In this document: positions 49,292 through 59,157 of the stretch, piece after piece | How the letters are laid out: every line of letters begins with the position of its first letter | How positions within the stretch are numbered: position 1 is the first letter of the stretch | DNA from: Candidatus Poribacteria bacterium | Lineage (GTDB): Bacteria > Poribacteria > WGA-4E > PCPOR2b | Assembly (NCBI GenBank): GCA_965218095.1 | Contig: OZ244587.1 | Location: forward strand, 3,328,001-3,392,000 | DNA length: 64,000 bases | Direction: 5' to 3' | The notes under the pieces: model-generated | What the model saw: only the letters and a program-made list of their open reading frames with translations | Told to the model about the DNA's origin: nothing | The model's database searches: none | Position numbers and translations under genes: made by a program

Positions 49292-49738
49292 ATGAATCGG
49301 AAAAGAGTCAAAATCATTATTGCGAGTCTTATCTTATCTGCTGCAATGACGTTCCTGTTCGTCGCAGGAGTGAAGAACACAAGTATGCGGCACTTCACGC
49401 CCAATGCGCTCATTGCACACGCGCAAGAGGTTGACAATAAGGGCATCCAAGTAGATGGGTTGATTTCGGAAGGTACAACCCAATGGGACCCAACAAAGTT
49501 TCAACTCACCTTTGCGGTGCGAGATCAAGAAGGCACAGCAAAAGTCAACGTCCTCTATGCAAATAGACTCAGACCTGACAACTTCAAAGATGGTGGAAAC
49601 GTCTTTGTTCAAGGGAAATATAACGCAGCGGAAAATCTCATCGTTGCCTCCAAACTCCAAACGAAGTGCGCGTCGAAATATGAGGCGGCTGAAAGGGCTA
49701 CAGCGCAAGCTAGTGGGGCAAGTGAACGCGATTATTAG
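49292..49738 (+). CDS. ccmE: Cytochrome c maturation heme chaperone CcmE (Cys-type)
   Basis: N-terminal TM, PDNFKDG, TKCASKY (CxxxY). Confidence 0.92.
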   Translation: MNRKRVKIIIASLILSAAMTFLFVAGVKNTSMRHFTPNALIAHAQEVDNKGIQVDGLISEGTTQWDPTKFQLTFAVRDQEGTAKVNVLYANRLRPDNFKDGGNVFVQGKYNAAENLIVASKLQTKCASKYEAAERATAQASGASERDY

Positions 49739-49774
49739 CCATCTCGAATGACAAACGGTAGGAATAGATAAACT

Positions 49775-51793
49775 ATGGCAGAATTGGGGCAAGCGGCAAT
49801 ATATCTTTCAGTTTTTTCCTGTCTGTGGGCAATGGCGATGCTCTGGATGGGATTGCGTCATAAAAACTACAACGCAGTCCTCAGCGGACGCAACAGCGTC
49901 GTCGGGACGTTCGCTTTAATAACGCTTGCAGCCGGCGCATTGATCTATAGCTTTGTGACAAACGACTTCTCAATGAAATACGTCGTCGAGGTATCGAGCT
50001 ATGATCAGCCACTGTTGTACAAGGTTACGGCGTTGTGGGGACGGATGTCCGGATCCCTGCTGTTCTGGCTTTGGCTCGTGACACTTTTCGGGGCACTGGT
50101 TGTATGGACAAACCGACGTGCAAGCGACCATCTCGCCGATTATGCACTCATTCCGATCTCAATCGTGCAGCTCTTTTTCATCATTCTCGTGACTGGTCTA
50201 GTCGAAGGCGTCTATAATCCACTGGAGCGGTTTCCGAATGGCATGGTTGCCCGAGACGGTGCCGGAATGAATCCGCTGCTGCAAACACCAAGCATGGTTT
50301 TTCATCCTCCATCGCTTTATGTTGGCTTCGTCAGCCTAACCGTGCCGTTTGCCTTTGCCATTGGTGCCCTTGCCGCTGGAAAGATGGGCAGCGAGTGGAT
50401 TATCCGATCTCGACGATGGATGATGGCATCCTGGCTGGTGTTGACACTCGGCATCATGCTCGGTGGAAATTGGGCGTATCGTGAGCTCGGGTGGGGCGGC
50501 TATTGGGCATGGGATCCGGTCGAAAACGCCTCGTTCATGCCGTGGCTGCTTGGGACCGCCTACCTCCATTCGGTGATAATCCAAGAGAAGCGGAATATGC
50601 TCAAACTCTGGAATATCATCCTGATCACCCTGGCGTTTGAGTTTACGCTGTTGGGAACCTTCATCACCCGTAGCGGGATTATCTCTTCTGTGCACGCATT
50701 CGCGCAATCAGACATTGGGCACTACTTCCTCAGCTTTATCATTCTCTCTGGGCTTGGTGTTGCCTTTCTTATCCATTATCGCTGGAATGACCTGAAAAGC
50801 CCCAATCGACTCGAATCTCTCCTTTCTCGTGAAAGCGCATTCCTCCTAAACAACTGGATGCTTGTGGGGCTGACACTGATTATTCTTTGGGGAACGCTGT
50901 GGCCAATTATCACGGAAGGGGTTACCGGAGCGAAAGTTGCCGTGCCGGAGTCATTCTTCAATCAGGTGGTCATTATTCCCGGACTGCTTCTCTTGTTGTT
51001 GACAGGGGTTGGGCCCATCACCTCATGGAAAAAGTTGACGCCGAGTAATTTCAGACGGATGTTCGCCAAACCGATTGTTTTCGGTGTAGTCGGTGGCATA
51101 CTCACATGGGTATATCTTGCTTTGAAAGGACACGCTGCACCGATCTACTCCGTGCTTTGCGTCTTCGCTAGCGTATTCGTCTTTGCAGCTATCTCTGACG
51201 AATTCTATCGCGGATCAAAATTGAGAGCCAAACGGGGTGAAACTTCCTTCCTTGATGGACTCATTCGGCTCATTCAACGCAACAAACGTCGATACGGCGG
51301 CTACATCGTCCATATCGGTATCGTGATTGTATACATTGGAATTCTGGGGTCTAAAGGCTATTTCCTGTTGGAATCGAAGGGGCTACGACTTGAGGAATCA
51401 ATGGAGGTCGGCAAATACACACTCACGATGCAGGATGCGTTTCAGGAGGAACACCCCAATTTCTCGCTCGGTGGGGTTATCTTAGCTGTTGAAAGGGAGG
51501 GGAAGTCGATAGGGACGATGCGTCCGGCACGTGGATTCTACCACAAAGCGGGACAGGGGGAACAGGATACAATCGAGTCAGCGATACGCCATTTCGGATT
51601 AAACGACCTCTATATTGCATTAGGGCCCCTCCCTGAAAACGTGCCTGCCTATGTGCAATCGGGCGGAATCGTTTCTGTTCAAGTTTACCATAACCCGCTT
51701 GTTAATGTTGTCTGGCTTGGCGTTGCCGTCATGATGATTGGTGGGCTTGTCGCTCTCCTTGAGAAAAGTGAAGTGAATAAAAATGAAGCGTGA
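49775..51793 (+). CDS. ccmF: Heme lyase CcmF
   Basis: GMNPLLQ, HPP, WAYRELGWGGYWAWDPVENAS, SVHAF. Confidence 0.97.
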   Translation: MAELGQAAIYLSVFSCLWAMAMLWMGLRHKNYNAVLSGRNSVVGTFALITLAAGALIYSFVTNDFSMKYVVEVSSYDQPLLYKVTALWGRMSGSLLFWLWLVTLFGALVVWTNRRASDHLADYALIPISIVQLFFIILVTGLVEGVYNPLERFPNGMVARDGAGMNPLLQTPSMVFHPPSLYVGFVSLTVPFAFAIGALAAGKMGSEWIIRSRRWMMASWLVLTLGIMLGGNWAYRELGWGGYWAWDPVENASFMPWLLGTAYLHSVIIQEKRNMLKLWNIILITLAFEFTLLGTFITRSGIISSVHAFAQSDIGHYFLSFIILSGLGVAFLIHYRWNDLKSPNRLESLLSRESAFLLNNWMLVGLTLIILWGTLWPIITEGVTGAKVAVPESFFNQVVIIPGLLLLLLTGVGPITSWKKLTPSNFRRMFAKPIVFGVVGGILTWVYLALKGHAAPIYSVLCVFASVFVFAAISDEFYRGSKLRAKRGETSFLDGLIRLIQRNKRRYGGYIVHIGIVIVYIGILGSKGYFLLESKGLRLEESMEVGKYTLTMQDAFQEEHPNFSLGGVILAVEREGKSIGTMRPARGFYHKAGQGEQDTIESAIRHFGLNDLYIALGPLPENVPAYVQSGGIVSVQVYHNPLVNVVWLGVAVMMIGGLVALLEKSEVNKNEA

Positions 51794-51857
51794 AATGTAA
51801 AACGTAATGCGTAAAATGATTCGTCGATTTGCGAATTCACGCAGAAGGGTGATTCCA

Positions 51858-52364
51858 TTGAAAAGCCTCTACACAATTCTCTTGGTCTTATTGCTCATCA
51901 GTTTCCCAATCTTAGTTACATACGCCCAAGAGCAGGGCATCACAACGCCTCCATCGCTCGAATCAAAGTTAGAGGAACTAACGACAAGTGTATACTGTCA
52001 CTGCGGCTGCACGCGAGAGATTATTCAACAATGTGTCTGTGGAACTGCCCAACAGATTGAAAGCGAATTTCGCAATCGCCTCATCGCCGGATGGACAGTT
52101 GAACAGATTCGAGATAACTATATTGCAACGCATGGCACACAGTATTCCGCGCTCATGCCCGTCGAAGGGTTTAATATCGTCGCTTATGCTATGCCTGCCG
52201 TTATCATCGTGCTGCTCGGCGTTATCGTCTTTCTTGTGCTTAGGTCAAAGTGCAGAGCGGAGTTGGCGGAGCCGCCCGTTTCAACAGAGCCACAGCCGTC
52301 AGCATCGGCAGATCAATACGAACAAATTGAGGAAGAACTTGAGCGTTACAAGCAGCGAAGGTAG
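51858..52364 (+). CDS. ccmH: CcmH-like protein
   Basis: Signal peptide, YCHCGC..CVCG, EQIRDNYIATHG, TM; follows ccmF. Confidence 0.8.
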   Translation: MKSLYTILLVLLLISFPILVTYAQEQGITTPPSLESKLEELTTSVYCHCGCTREIIQQCVCGTAQQIESEFRNRLIAGWTVEQIRDNYIATHGTQYSALMPVEGFNIVAYAMPAVIIVLLGVIVFLVLRSKCRAELAEPPVSTEPQPSASADQYEQIEEELERYKQRR

Positions 52365-52665
52365 CCATTATGGAGGGTTAATGAAAATCTACGATTTTCA
52401 TCAACTCTAACCCAAGTTGCCACCTTGATCAGAAAAGGCACAGAAACTAAGTTTTTAGATGAATAGATACGAGTTCGGTGGAAACGCCAAGGATTTGCTC
52501 AGCATCTGGGTTGGTAGCGGACAAAACGAGCAAAAACGGCTTAATTTTTCCGCCAGAATCCGCTTAAAAGCCATGCCACGACTACACGCATGGCACTGGA
52601 CAAAACAGCGGACAAAATCACGAAGAACGAAGGATACAGTTGACAGATTCGAGCAGTAAAGAAAC

Positions 52666-53250
52666 ATGGTGCAATTTCTCGTAGATGATACTCGGCTTAC
52701 ATGGGTGACGGATGTCAAACCGTTGATACTTTTCGTATTCTTGCTAATTACCTGTCTTGGCTGCGGGGATGACTCGGTGATTCAATACCCCGGCGCACCC
52801 GTTATCACTATCGAAAAAACCGCTTTTGACGGATGGGAGGCGGTTGAGTCTCCCGTCTTGCCACGGAGGGTCAATAATTGGGATAACTGGCTGGAAAAGG
52901 AAGCACCACATCTCCACTATCGACTCAAAGCAGAAGAACTCCTACCTTATGACATTGAAGTTGAGCTCTCTTTTAAGCTGACATATTATTCCGACCACCT
53001 GATGGAGCAGCATGGGGGAGCGAGGGATTTTATGTATCAGCAGCGGTATGATATGAAGGCAGACAGACTGACTTATGAAGATAGTCTGGCAATGTACTCT
53101 ATCTTTCATCATACACACACATCGTCTGAAGACGAAATAATCATTAGAAGGATCAGGAATATAGTTATAGAGATTCTCCCTTGGACTGGTACAGGGTCTG
53201 AACCTTACAATGTCGGATCCCCTTCACGAATTGAGATAAAGCGAAAATAA
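52666..53250 (+). CDS. Hypothetical lipoprotein (cassette cargo)
   Basis: Hydrophobic stretch plus lipobox CLGC-GDD; 194-aa ORF; start uncertain. Confidence 0.65.
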   Translation: MVQFLVDDTRLTWVTDVKPLILFVFLLITCLGCGDDSVIQYPGAPVITIEKTAFDGWEAVESPVLPRRVNNWDNWLEKEAPHLHYRLKAEELLPYDIEVELSFKLTYYSDHLMEQHGGARDFMYQQRYDMKADRLTYEDSLAMYSIFHHTHTSSEDEIIIRRIRNIVIEILPWTGTGSEPYNVGSPSRIEIKRK

Positions 53251-53343
53251 AGTAGTGGTTCGTAGTAGCGCAATTCATTGCGCGTTCTTTGATCTGTTCA
53301 GCGGATCGAAAACCGACACCTAAAACTCGGTTTCTTAAATAGG

Positions 53344-53488
53344 TAGGTTCTGTTGACATTTGACAGATTGAATCAATCCCCCGATGCACCTTGAGGCGAT
53401 TTAGGACAACCGCTCGGGGTTTTGGCGGGTAGCGCGATGATTACAGCGTTTCCCAAATTCGTGACAGCGAAATGTCAACACGCCCTAG
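53344..53488. mobile_element. Nested MITE with TAG ends
   Basis: Inverted repeat TAGG...TGTTGACATTT / AAATGTCAACA...CCTA(G). Confidence 0.7.
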
Positions 53489-53559
53489 CAACTTGGGTTA
53501 AACTCTACTTGATTTCGCAGGATAGGTGGGCAAAACAGGACAGGTTAGGAGTTTAACTT

Positions 53560-53898
53560 ATGTTTTTTGTGTTTCTATGGATTTTACTACTCGGACTTCC
53601 CCTTTTGGTCTATCTGGGTTTACCACTTTGGTCTCAACCCCGCATATCTCCAGAAATAGAGCCCGTCGAGGCGCGTATGCGAACGCTATTCCTCGAGCGT
53701 GAACGCAGCTATTCGGCGCTTGTAGACCTTGAGGAAGATTACGAAACAGGCAAGCTATCCCAAGGAGATTATCAAACCCTACGAGGGCAACTGCTGCAAG
53801 AAACAGCAGCGGTGTTGGCGCAGATCGAAACGTTTGGCATGGCATCCGTTGAAGAAGAGATCGAGAGATATAGGCAAGAGAGACAACCGCGGAGTTAA
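53560..53898 (+). CDS. CcmI/CycH N-terminal-like membrane protein
   Basis: TM followed by LVDLEEDYETGKLSQGDYQTLR. Confidence 0.75.
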   Translation: MFFVFLWILLLGLPLLVYLGLPLWSQPRISPEIEPVEARMRTLFLERERSYSALVDLEEDYETGKLSQGDYQTLRGQLLQETAAVLAQIETFGMASVEEEIERYRQERQPRS

Positions 53899-53906
53899 GA
53901 TAAAAT

Positions 53907-55211
53907 ATGCACAACAACCGGAAAGCCGGAAAACCAGAAAACAAAATTTTATTACGTTTCACGTTTTACGTTTTACGCTTTACGCTTACCCTTTTAATCT
54001 GTCTTCCTTCCGCTTTCGGACAAGGTGAGGCTGGCAAAATCGAAGGGCAAGTTATTGACAAGCAGAAGGGGCTACCGCTTACACAACAGCGAATCCTCCT
54101 ACAGATCCGCTGGGAAGGCGAAGATGTCCAGCAACGTGAGACGGTAACAGACAACAGTGGGTCTTATACCTTCGATAATCTCTCAACGGCTTTCGATGTG
54201 CACTATGTGATTTCAACCACTTACGAAGGGGAGGAATATGTCGAAAAAGACCTTGTCTTGTCAGAGTGGGTATCAGAAATCAAGGCCAATATTGAGATTG
54301 GTGGCTTTACCGATGACCCATCGCAGGTGAAGATTCGGCAGCATACGATTGTCATTTCACCGCCGCCGGCAGATCACGCCCCAGATCAAGCCGTTTCGGT
54401 GATGGAGATTATTCAGGTCGAAAATACCAGTGATCTGGCGTTTAAAACATCAATAGGGGTTCAACCGGCAGGTGTGCATTTCAACTTGCCAAATGGTTAC
54501 GAGAACCTTCAGCTTGATCAGAGCTCCAAACAAGATCTCGGGGCAACTGCAAACCGGTTAATCGCCAACCAACCGTTAGCTCCGGGAACGCATAACGTCG
54601 GATATTCTTATTTGATACACATTGTTGATTCGGATTTAGCCCTCTCCCGAAAGCTGACATTTGATACAGACCAACTCTATGTATTCATTGCGCAAGGGAT
54701 GCCATTAAAGCCACAATCACGAATCTTAGGAGCTGGCCGTCAGGAAGACATCCACGGCATGGTATACACCATTTATGCAACCGACCCTGCCAAGCCGCTA
54801 TCAACGGGGCAAACTGTAGACCTAAGCATTAAGGTTGCCTCCGTTGCTCCGGCTCCTCAAGGTGGTACGGCTGGACAACCGTCTGACCCAAAGATGATTG
54901 CGCTGATCGCAATCGCCGCGGCACTTGCAGGCGGTTTTTTGGTTGCGGCGATTTTCAAAATCCGAACCCCCACGCCGAAGCCGTCTGACGGCTCCCAAAG
55001 ATCTCAAGCGGCTCCCGATGCCAGTTGGCTCCGTAAGCTGGATGCCGCCGACATTGAGCGGACGCGGATTGCCCGGCTTGAGATGGTTACTCGTTTGGAG
55101 GAATTGTACGAGAAGCACGAAATCTCCGAGCGGGTTTATAAGCGGTTGCGGAAAGAGCAGGCAGATCGGCTCGCGGCTGTCCTTGAGCGAATGAATAGAA
55201 AAGGAGAATGA
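53907..55211 (+). CDS. Ccm-associated exported protein (carboxypeptidase-regulatory-like domain, C-terminal TM and SHOCT-like tail)
   Basis: Signal peptide; IEGQVID..TDNSGSYTF; TM; LEELYEKHEISERVYKRLR. Confidence 0.75.
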   Translation: MHNNRKAGKPENKILLRFTFYVLRFTLTLLICLPSAFGQGEAGKIEGQVIDKQKGLPLTQQRILLQIRWEGEDVQQRETVTDNSGSYTFDNLSTAFDVHYVISTTYEGEEYVEKDLVLSEWVSEIKANIEIGGFTDDPSQVKIRQHTIVISPPPADHAPDQAVSVMEIIQVENTSDLAFKTSIGVQPAGVHFNLPNGYENLQLDQSSKQDLGATANRLIANQPLAPGTHNVGYSYLIHIVDSDLALSRKLTFDTDQLYVFIAQGMPLKPQSRILGAGRQEDIHGMVYTIYATDPAKPLSTGQTVDLSIKVASVAPAPQGGTAGQPSDPKMIALIAIAAALAGGFLVAAIFKIRTPTPKPSDGSQRSQAAPDASWLRKLDAADIERTRIARLEMVTRLEELYEKHEISERVYKRLRKEQADRLAAVLERMNRKGE

Positions 55212-55214
55212 ACC

Positions 55215-55862
55215 ATGAATCCTGAAGAAATCCGCAATCTGGAAGATGAATCCCTATCTATCGCGGCTATCGAAAGCATTGGTTCGATGACCGAAGATGA
55301 GTTCGTAGAGTGGTGCGATGAAGATATTCGTGCCGAATATGTTTACGGAAAGGTTATTATTATGTCGCCAGAATCGGTGTGAGATGGAGAACTACGATGG
55401 TCTGTTGGAACAGTCCTCAAAATCTTTGTAGAGCATCACGATCTCGGGCAGGTTTTTGGTCCAAATCTCCAAATCCGTCTGCAACTGCGATTAAGACGAA
55501 TTCCAGATCTCATGTTTATATCCCGTGAACGTCTTCACCTGCTTCAGGAAGCACACCTTGAGGGGCCTCCGGATCTGGCGATGGAGATTGTTTCGCCCGA
55601 TAGCTAGGAAAGAGACGAGCGAGACAAATATCAAGAGTACGAGACGTTTGGTATACGCGAATACTGGATAGTTGCACCGTTGGCGAAACGGATTGATGTC
55701 TATCGCTTGTCCGATCAGGGTAAATGTGAACCGCTGCTGCCCGACGCATCTGGCGTCTACCACTCTGCTATAATCCCCGGCTTTTTCGTAAACCTCCAAT
55801 GGCTTTGGCGGCAGCCTCCACCCAAAACGCGCGATATTTTGCGCGAGTTGGGCATCTCATAA
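55215..55862 (+). pseudogene. Uma2 (DUF820) endonuclease, two in-frame stops
   Basis: MTEDEF..EYVYG, PDLMFI, PDLAMEIVSP, GIREYWIV; TGA 55380-82 and TAG 55605-07. Confidence 0.88.
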
Positions 55863-55899
55863 CCGTAATTTCCGAATAACGTAAGATGGGAGGTTCTTC

Positions 55900-55938
55900 T
55901 TACGCACTACGCACTACGCACTACGCATTACGTTTTAC
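55900..55938. repeat. Heptamer tandem repeat
   Basis: TTACGCA CTACGCA CTACGCA CTACGCA TTACGTT TTAC. Confidence 0.85.
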
Positions 55939-55953
55939 CAATAAGAGATTCTG

Positions 55954-56670
55954 ATGCTCCTCCAAGCCTCCCAAATCACGAAACGCTTTGGCCATCGAAT
56001 GGTGTTGAACGGGCTCGAGCTCAATGTCCAGTCTGGCGAAGTTGTTGCGATTTTTGGGCCAAACGGTGCTGGCAAAACGACCCTCATTCAGATCCTTTCA
56101 ACATTAATCAAACCCACATCTGGCAGGCTTCAAATTGGAGGTATTGACGCCCTTTCGGATGCACTGCGTGTCCGTCCATCATTGGGGGTGGTCGTTCACG
56201 AACCGCTCGCTTACCTCGAGTTGAGCCCTTATGAGAACCTGAAATTTTTCGGACGACTCTACGGGCTTGATGGGTTAGAGCAGCGGATCGCAGACCTCCT
56301 TGCCGATGTTCAACTCACCCCATTCGCTCACGAACCTGTCAAGATCTTCTCTCGCGGCATGACCCAACGATTCATGCTTGCCAAGGCATTGATTCATGAC
56401 CCGATGCTACTGCTCTTTGACGAACCGTTTTCGGGACTCGACCTCGCTGCGAAGCAATTTGTGTTAAAGCGGATCGATCAAGAGCGTGCTTGCGGCAAAG
56501 GAATTATCCTCACGACGCACGATACGGAATTGGGCTACCATGCAGGCTCACACTTCCACTTCCTATTGAATGGTCGAATTGAAACGGTCGCTGAAAAGGG
56601 GGAGATTGGATTGGAAGAATTGTCTCGTCGGTATGAGGATCGGTTGAAAAGACAGACACGTAAGGCGTGA
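55954..56670 (+). CDS. ccmA: Heme exporter ATP-binding protein CcmA
   Basis: GPNGAGKTT, FSRGMTQR, LFDEPF; operon context. Confidence 0.9.
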   Translation: MLLQASQITKRFGHRMVLNGLELNVQSGEVVAIFGPNGAGKTTLIQILSTLIKPTSGRLQIGGIDALSDALRVRPSLGVVVHEPLAYLELSPYENLKFFGRLYGLDGLEQRIADLLADVQLTPFAHEPVKIFSRGMTQRFMLAKALIHDPMLLLFDEPFSGLDLAAKQFVLKRIDQERACGKGIILTTHDTELGYHAGSHFHFLLNGRIETVAEKGEIGLEELSRRYEDRLKRQTRKA

Positions 56671-56752
56671 AACGTAAAATCTTCTTACGTTTTACGACCG
56701 CTTTGATCCGCAAAGGTGCGTCGTTAACGCTAAAGAGGGGAGTCCATTTTAA

Positions 56753-57472
56753 TTGATGGAAGTATGCTATAAAATCGGCTGGCTCATCCGGAAAGACCTC
56801 GCGCTCCAATTCCGCACGAAGGATACGCTTGCTTTAATTTTCGTGTTCAGTGTGTTAGTCGTGCTGATCTTCTGCTTCGCGTTCGGACCGATTTTCCCCG
56901 AAAAATTGGAGGAACGTGGGAAATTGGCTGCCAGCGTGTTATGGACAACGTTTTTGTTTGCGGGCATCATCACGCTGAACAGGTCTTTCGATATTGAACG
57001 CGCAAACGGTGCACTGCACGGACTGAGATTGACAGGGGTGGATGCGAGCCACTTTTACCTTTCAAAAGTCGTCAGTATCTTCGTTTTTCTCGCACTGCTG
57101 GAGGTAATTGTTACACCGATTTCGCTTCAATTCTTGGATGTCCTCAGTGTTTTACCTGTCGCGTTGCAAAAACAACTCCCCTGGCTCCTGCTAAAACTCA
57201 TCGGCGTGCTCGCGATTGGAACGCTCGGTTTCTGTGCGGTGGGTGTCATTGTCTCCGGCATCTCTACCAGCACGCATGGAAAGGAAAGTCTGCTCTCGGT
57301 GATCCTACTGCCGCTGACCTTCCCGGTAGTCATAGCGGGAGCAAAATGCACCGTTTCTCTGCTGACAACAGGTGGGCTTGGGGGCAGCTTCTGGATTTCA
57401 ATTTTAGTTGTCTACGGCCTTGTATTTCTAGCGAGCTCATATCTCCTCTTTGAGTTTGTCATTGAAGGGTGA
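56753..57472 (+). CDS. ccmB: Heme exporter permease CcmB
   Basis: KDLALQFR, LNRSFDIE, LLSVILLPL. Confidence 0.92.
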   Translation: MMEVCYKIGWLIRKDLALQFRTKDTLALIFVFSVLVVLIFCFAFGPIFPEKLEERGKLAASVLWTTFLFAGIITLNRSFDIERANGALHGLRLTGVDASHFYLSKVVSIFVFLALLEVIVTPISLQFLDVLSVLPVALQKQLPWLLLKLIGVLAIGTLGFCAVGVIVSGISTSTHGKESLLSVILLPLTFPVVIAGAKCTVSLLTTGGLGGSFWISILVVYGLVFLASSYLLFEFVIEG

Positions 57473-57513
57473 GCTCTCTCAGAAAGTCCAGTTCACAAGA
57501 GGAAAGAGAAAAA

Positions 57514-58182
57514 ATGACACGCACTCAACTGATTGGAATGCTTTCAGCAATCTTCTTATTTGTTGCCATCTACTTCGTTTTCAGCTTCGCCGAGATTGAG
57601 ATGACGATGCTAGAAGTTCAGAAAATCTTCTACTTCCATGTTTCTTCGGCGTTCACCGTATTCCTCGCTTTTGGCGTGACCTGCCTGTTCAGCATCCTCT
57701 ACCTAATCAAGCGCAAGGACAAACACGATATGATTGCTCTCGCCTCAACGGAAATCGGGGTTGTTTTCGGCATTGTCGTGTTTACCACAGGCCCCATTTG
57801 GGCGAGATCTGCTTGGAATACTTGGTGGAATTGGGAACCGAGATTGACAAGCGCGTTGATCCTTTGGCTAACATACATCGGTTACCTTATCCTGAGGTCT
57901 GCCTTGGCGGAGGAAAAAAAACGGGTTTACTCCGCAGTCTTGGGAATCATCGGCTTCCTGAATGTGCCCATCGTTTACTTTTCGGTCGAGCTCTGGCAGG
58001 GTGGCTTGCACCCCGGCACGGGCACCAAGATGAACCTTCCGGCTACCATGCAAATTGCGTGGCTGATTTCATGGCTTGCGCTGACCCTCCTCTACCTATT
58101 CTTGCTGATGTTGCGGTATCGCGCTGAACAGATGAAGTTAGAATTAGAAACGATTCAATACCAACAGATGGGTGAATCGTAA
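57514..58182 (+). CDS. ccmC: Heme exporter CcmC
   Basis: QKIFYFHV, TGPIWARSAWNTWWNWEPRLTS, NVPIVYFSV..LHP. Confidence 0.93.
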   Translation: MTRTQLIGMLSAIFLFVAIYFVFSFAEIEMTMLEVQKIFYFHVSSAFTVFLAFGVTCLFSILYLIKRKDKHDMIALASTEIGVVFGIVVFTTGPIWARSAWNTWWNWEPRLTSALILWLTYIGYLILRSALAEEKKRVYSAVLGIIGFLNVPIVYFSVELWQGGLHPGTGTKMNLPATMQIAWLISWLALTLLYLFLLMLRYRAEQMKLELETIQYQQMGES

Positions 58183-58191
58183 AACGCAAAC

Positions 58192-58217
58192 CGTTCGGAT
58201 GAGCTCACGCCGAAGCC
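58192..58217. repeat. REP-like palindrome (second copy at 58751-58778)
   Basis: cgttcggatgagctcacgccgaagcc versus cgtttcggctgagctcaacgtcgaagcc. Confidence 0.65.
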
Positions 58218-58238
58218 TCCTATCTCTGGAAAAATTCA

Positions 58239-58589
58239 ATGCACAAAGGTTTATGGATAGCTGTTCTTGCTATTTTCGCGCTCTTTTTCGGGTTATTTAT
58301 CCTGAGCCAAATTCCGGTCACCATCACACAGGACGAGGTCTTCGCTGCCGTCAGTGATGCCATTGCCGAAACGAAAGTTCAAGTGGACGAGGCAGAAGTT
58401 GAACAAGTTGTGAGCAAAGCATTAGAAAAATTGGAGGCTCGGCAAAAAAGGCGGTTGCGGTTTCTCGTATCCGCTTACTTTTTGCTCTGGCTGATCTTTC
58501 TGCTCTACGCGCTACGACTGGCGCGAACTCAAGATCAACTGCGCAAGCGACTTGAGCAATTACAAGGCGGTTCACCGCAGAAGAAATAA
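58239..58589 (+). CDS. ccmD: CcmD-like protein with an N-terminal TM extension
   Basis: C-terminal FLVSAYFLLWLIFLLYALRLARTQDQLRKRLEQL; follows ccmC. Confidence 0.7.
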   Translation: MHKGLWIAVLAIFALFFGLFILSQIPVTITQDEVFAAVSDAIAETKVQVDEAEVEQVVSKALEKLEARQKRRLRFLVSAYFLLWLIFLLYALRLARTQDQLRKRLEQLQGGSPQKK

Positions 58590-58616
58590 GCATTATTTAC
58601 CCGACGAGAAGGAAAT

Positions 58617-59078
58617 ATGGAAATTCGTGCAGCAAAAGCACATGAACGCGAAAAATGGCGAAAATACCCGAAGCTGCTGGAAGCCATGGAAAAAAAGGGG
58701 ACTTCGACATAACACCCAAGTAGCGGATTCAGAGGGGATTGGAAGCTAATCGTTTCGGCTGAGCTCAACGTCGAAGCCGAAAACTATTTGGTGGTGGCAT
58801 CGGCAATCATAAAGACGGAATAGATGCCCTCAACAGGATACGAGGCGGAGGGATTGCATGAGTGCACGAATCTTTCCTTTTATCGGTTCGCCTCTCCCCC
58901 TACGATCTCGATTGATGCCTATCACTTTGCGATTGCTCGTGCGGACGGAATCAATTCCTTTGTTACCCTCGATCAAGGCTTCGGCGTCATCGATACCCTC
59001 AATCTCTACACCTGTGATCTGGCTCTCCTCCAAAATCAAACGACTGCCACAGAAATCCTACCCTCTAATCAGACGTGA
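58617..59078 (+). pseudogene. Decayed PIN-domain gene
   Basis: IDAYHFAIARADGINSFVTLDQGF; fragmented upstream. Confidence 0.55.
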
Positions 59079-59157
59079 ATTTGTCATTTACGCTTCACGC
59101 AACACATAACACACACGATACCAAAGATTGAACCCCATTTGAACGGAGCAGAAGTCT

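Larger units (their letters stand above)
52410..53498. mobile_element. Non-autonomous IS982-ended cassette with a cargo gene
   Basis: TIRs ACCCAAGTTGC / GCAACTTGGGT; flanks TCAACTCTA (52401-09) and TAAACTCTA (53499-507); no recognisable transposase. Confidence 0.8.

Noticed and set aside
55380-55382. TGA in the Uma2 gene as Sec
   Set aside because: No Cys-motif context, and a second stop (TAG) follows.
169-55607. Many in-frame TAG codons suggesting amber recoding or pyrrolysine
   Set aside because: They occur in genes or remnants that are mostly otherwise damaged, appear to replace different residues, and TAG terminates intact genes (M23 peptidase, ccmE, ccmH).
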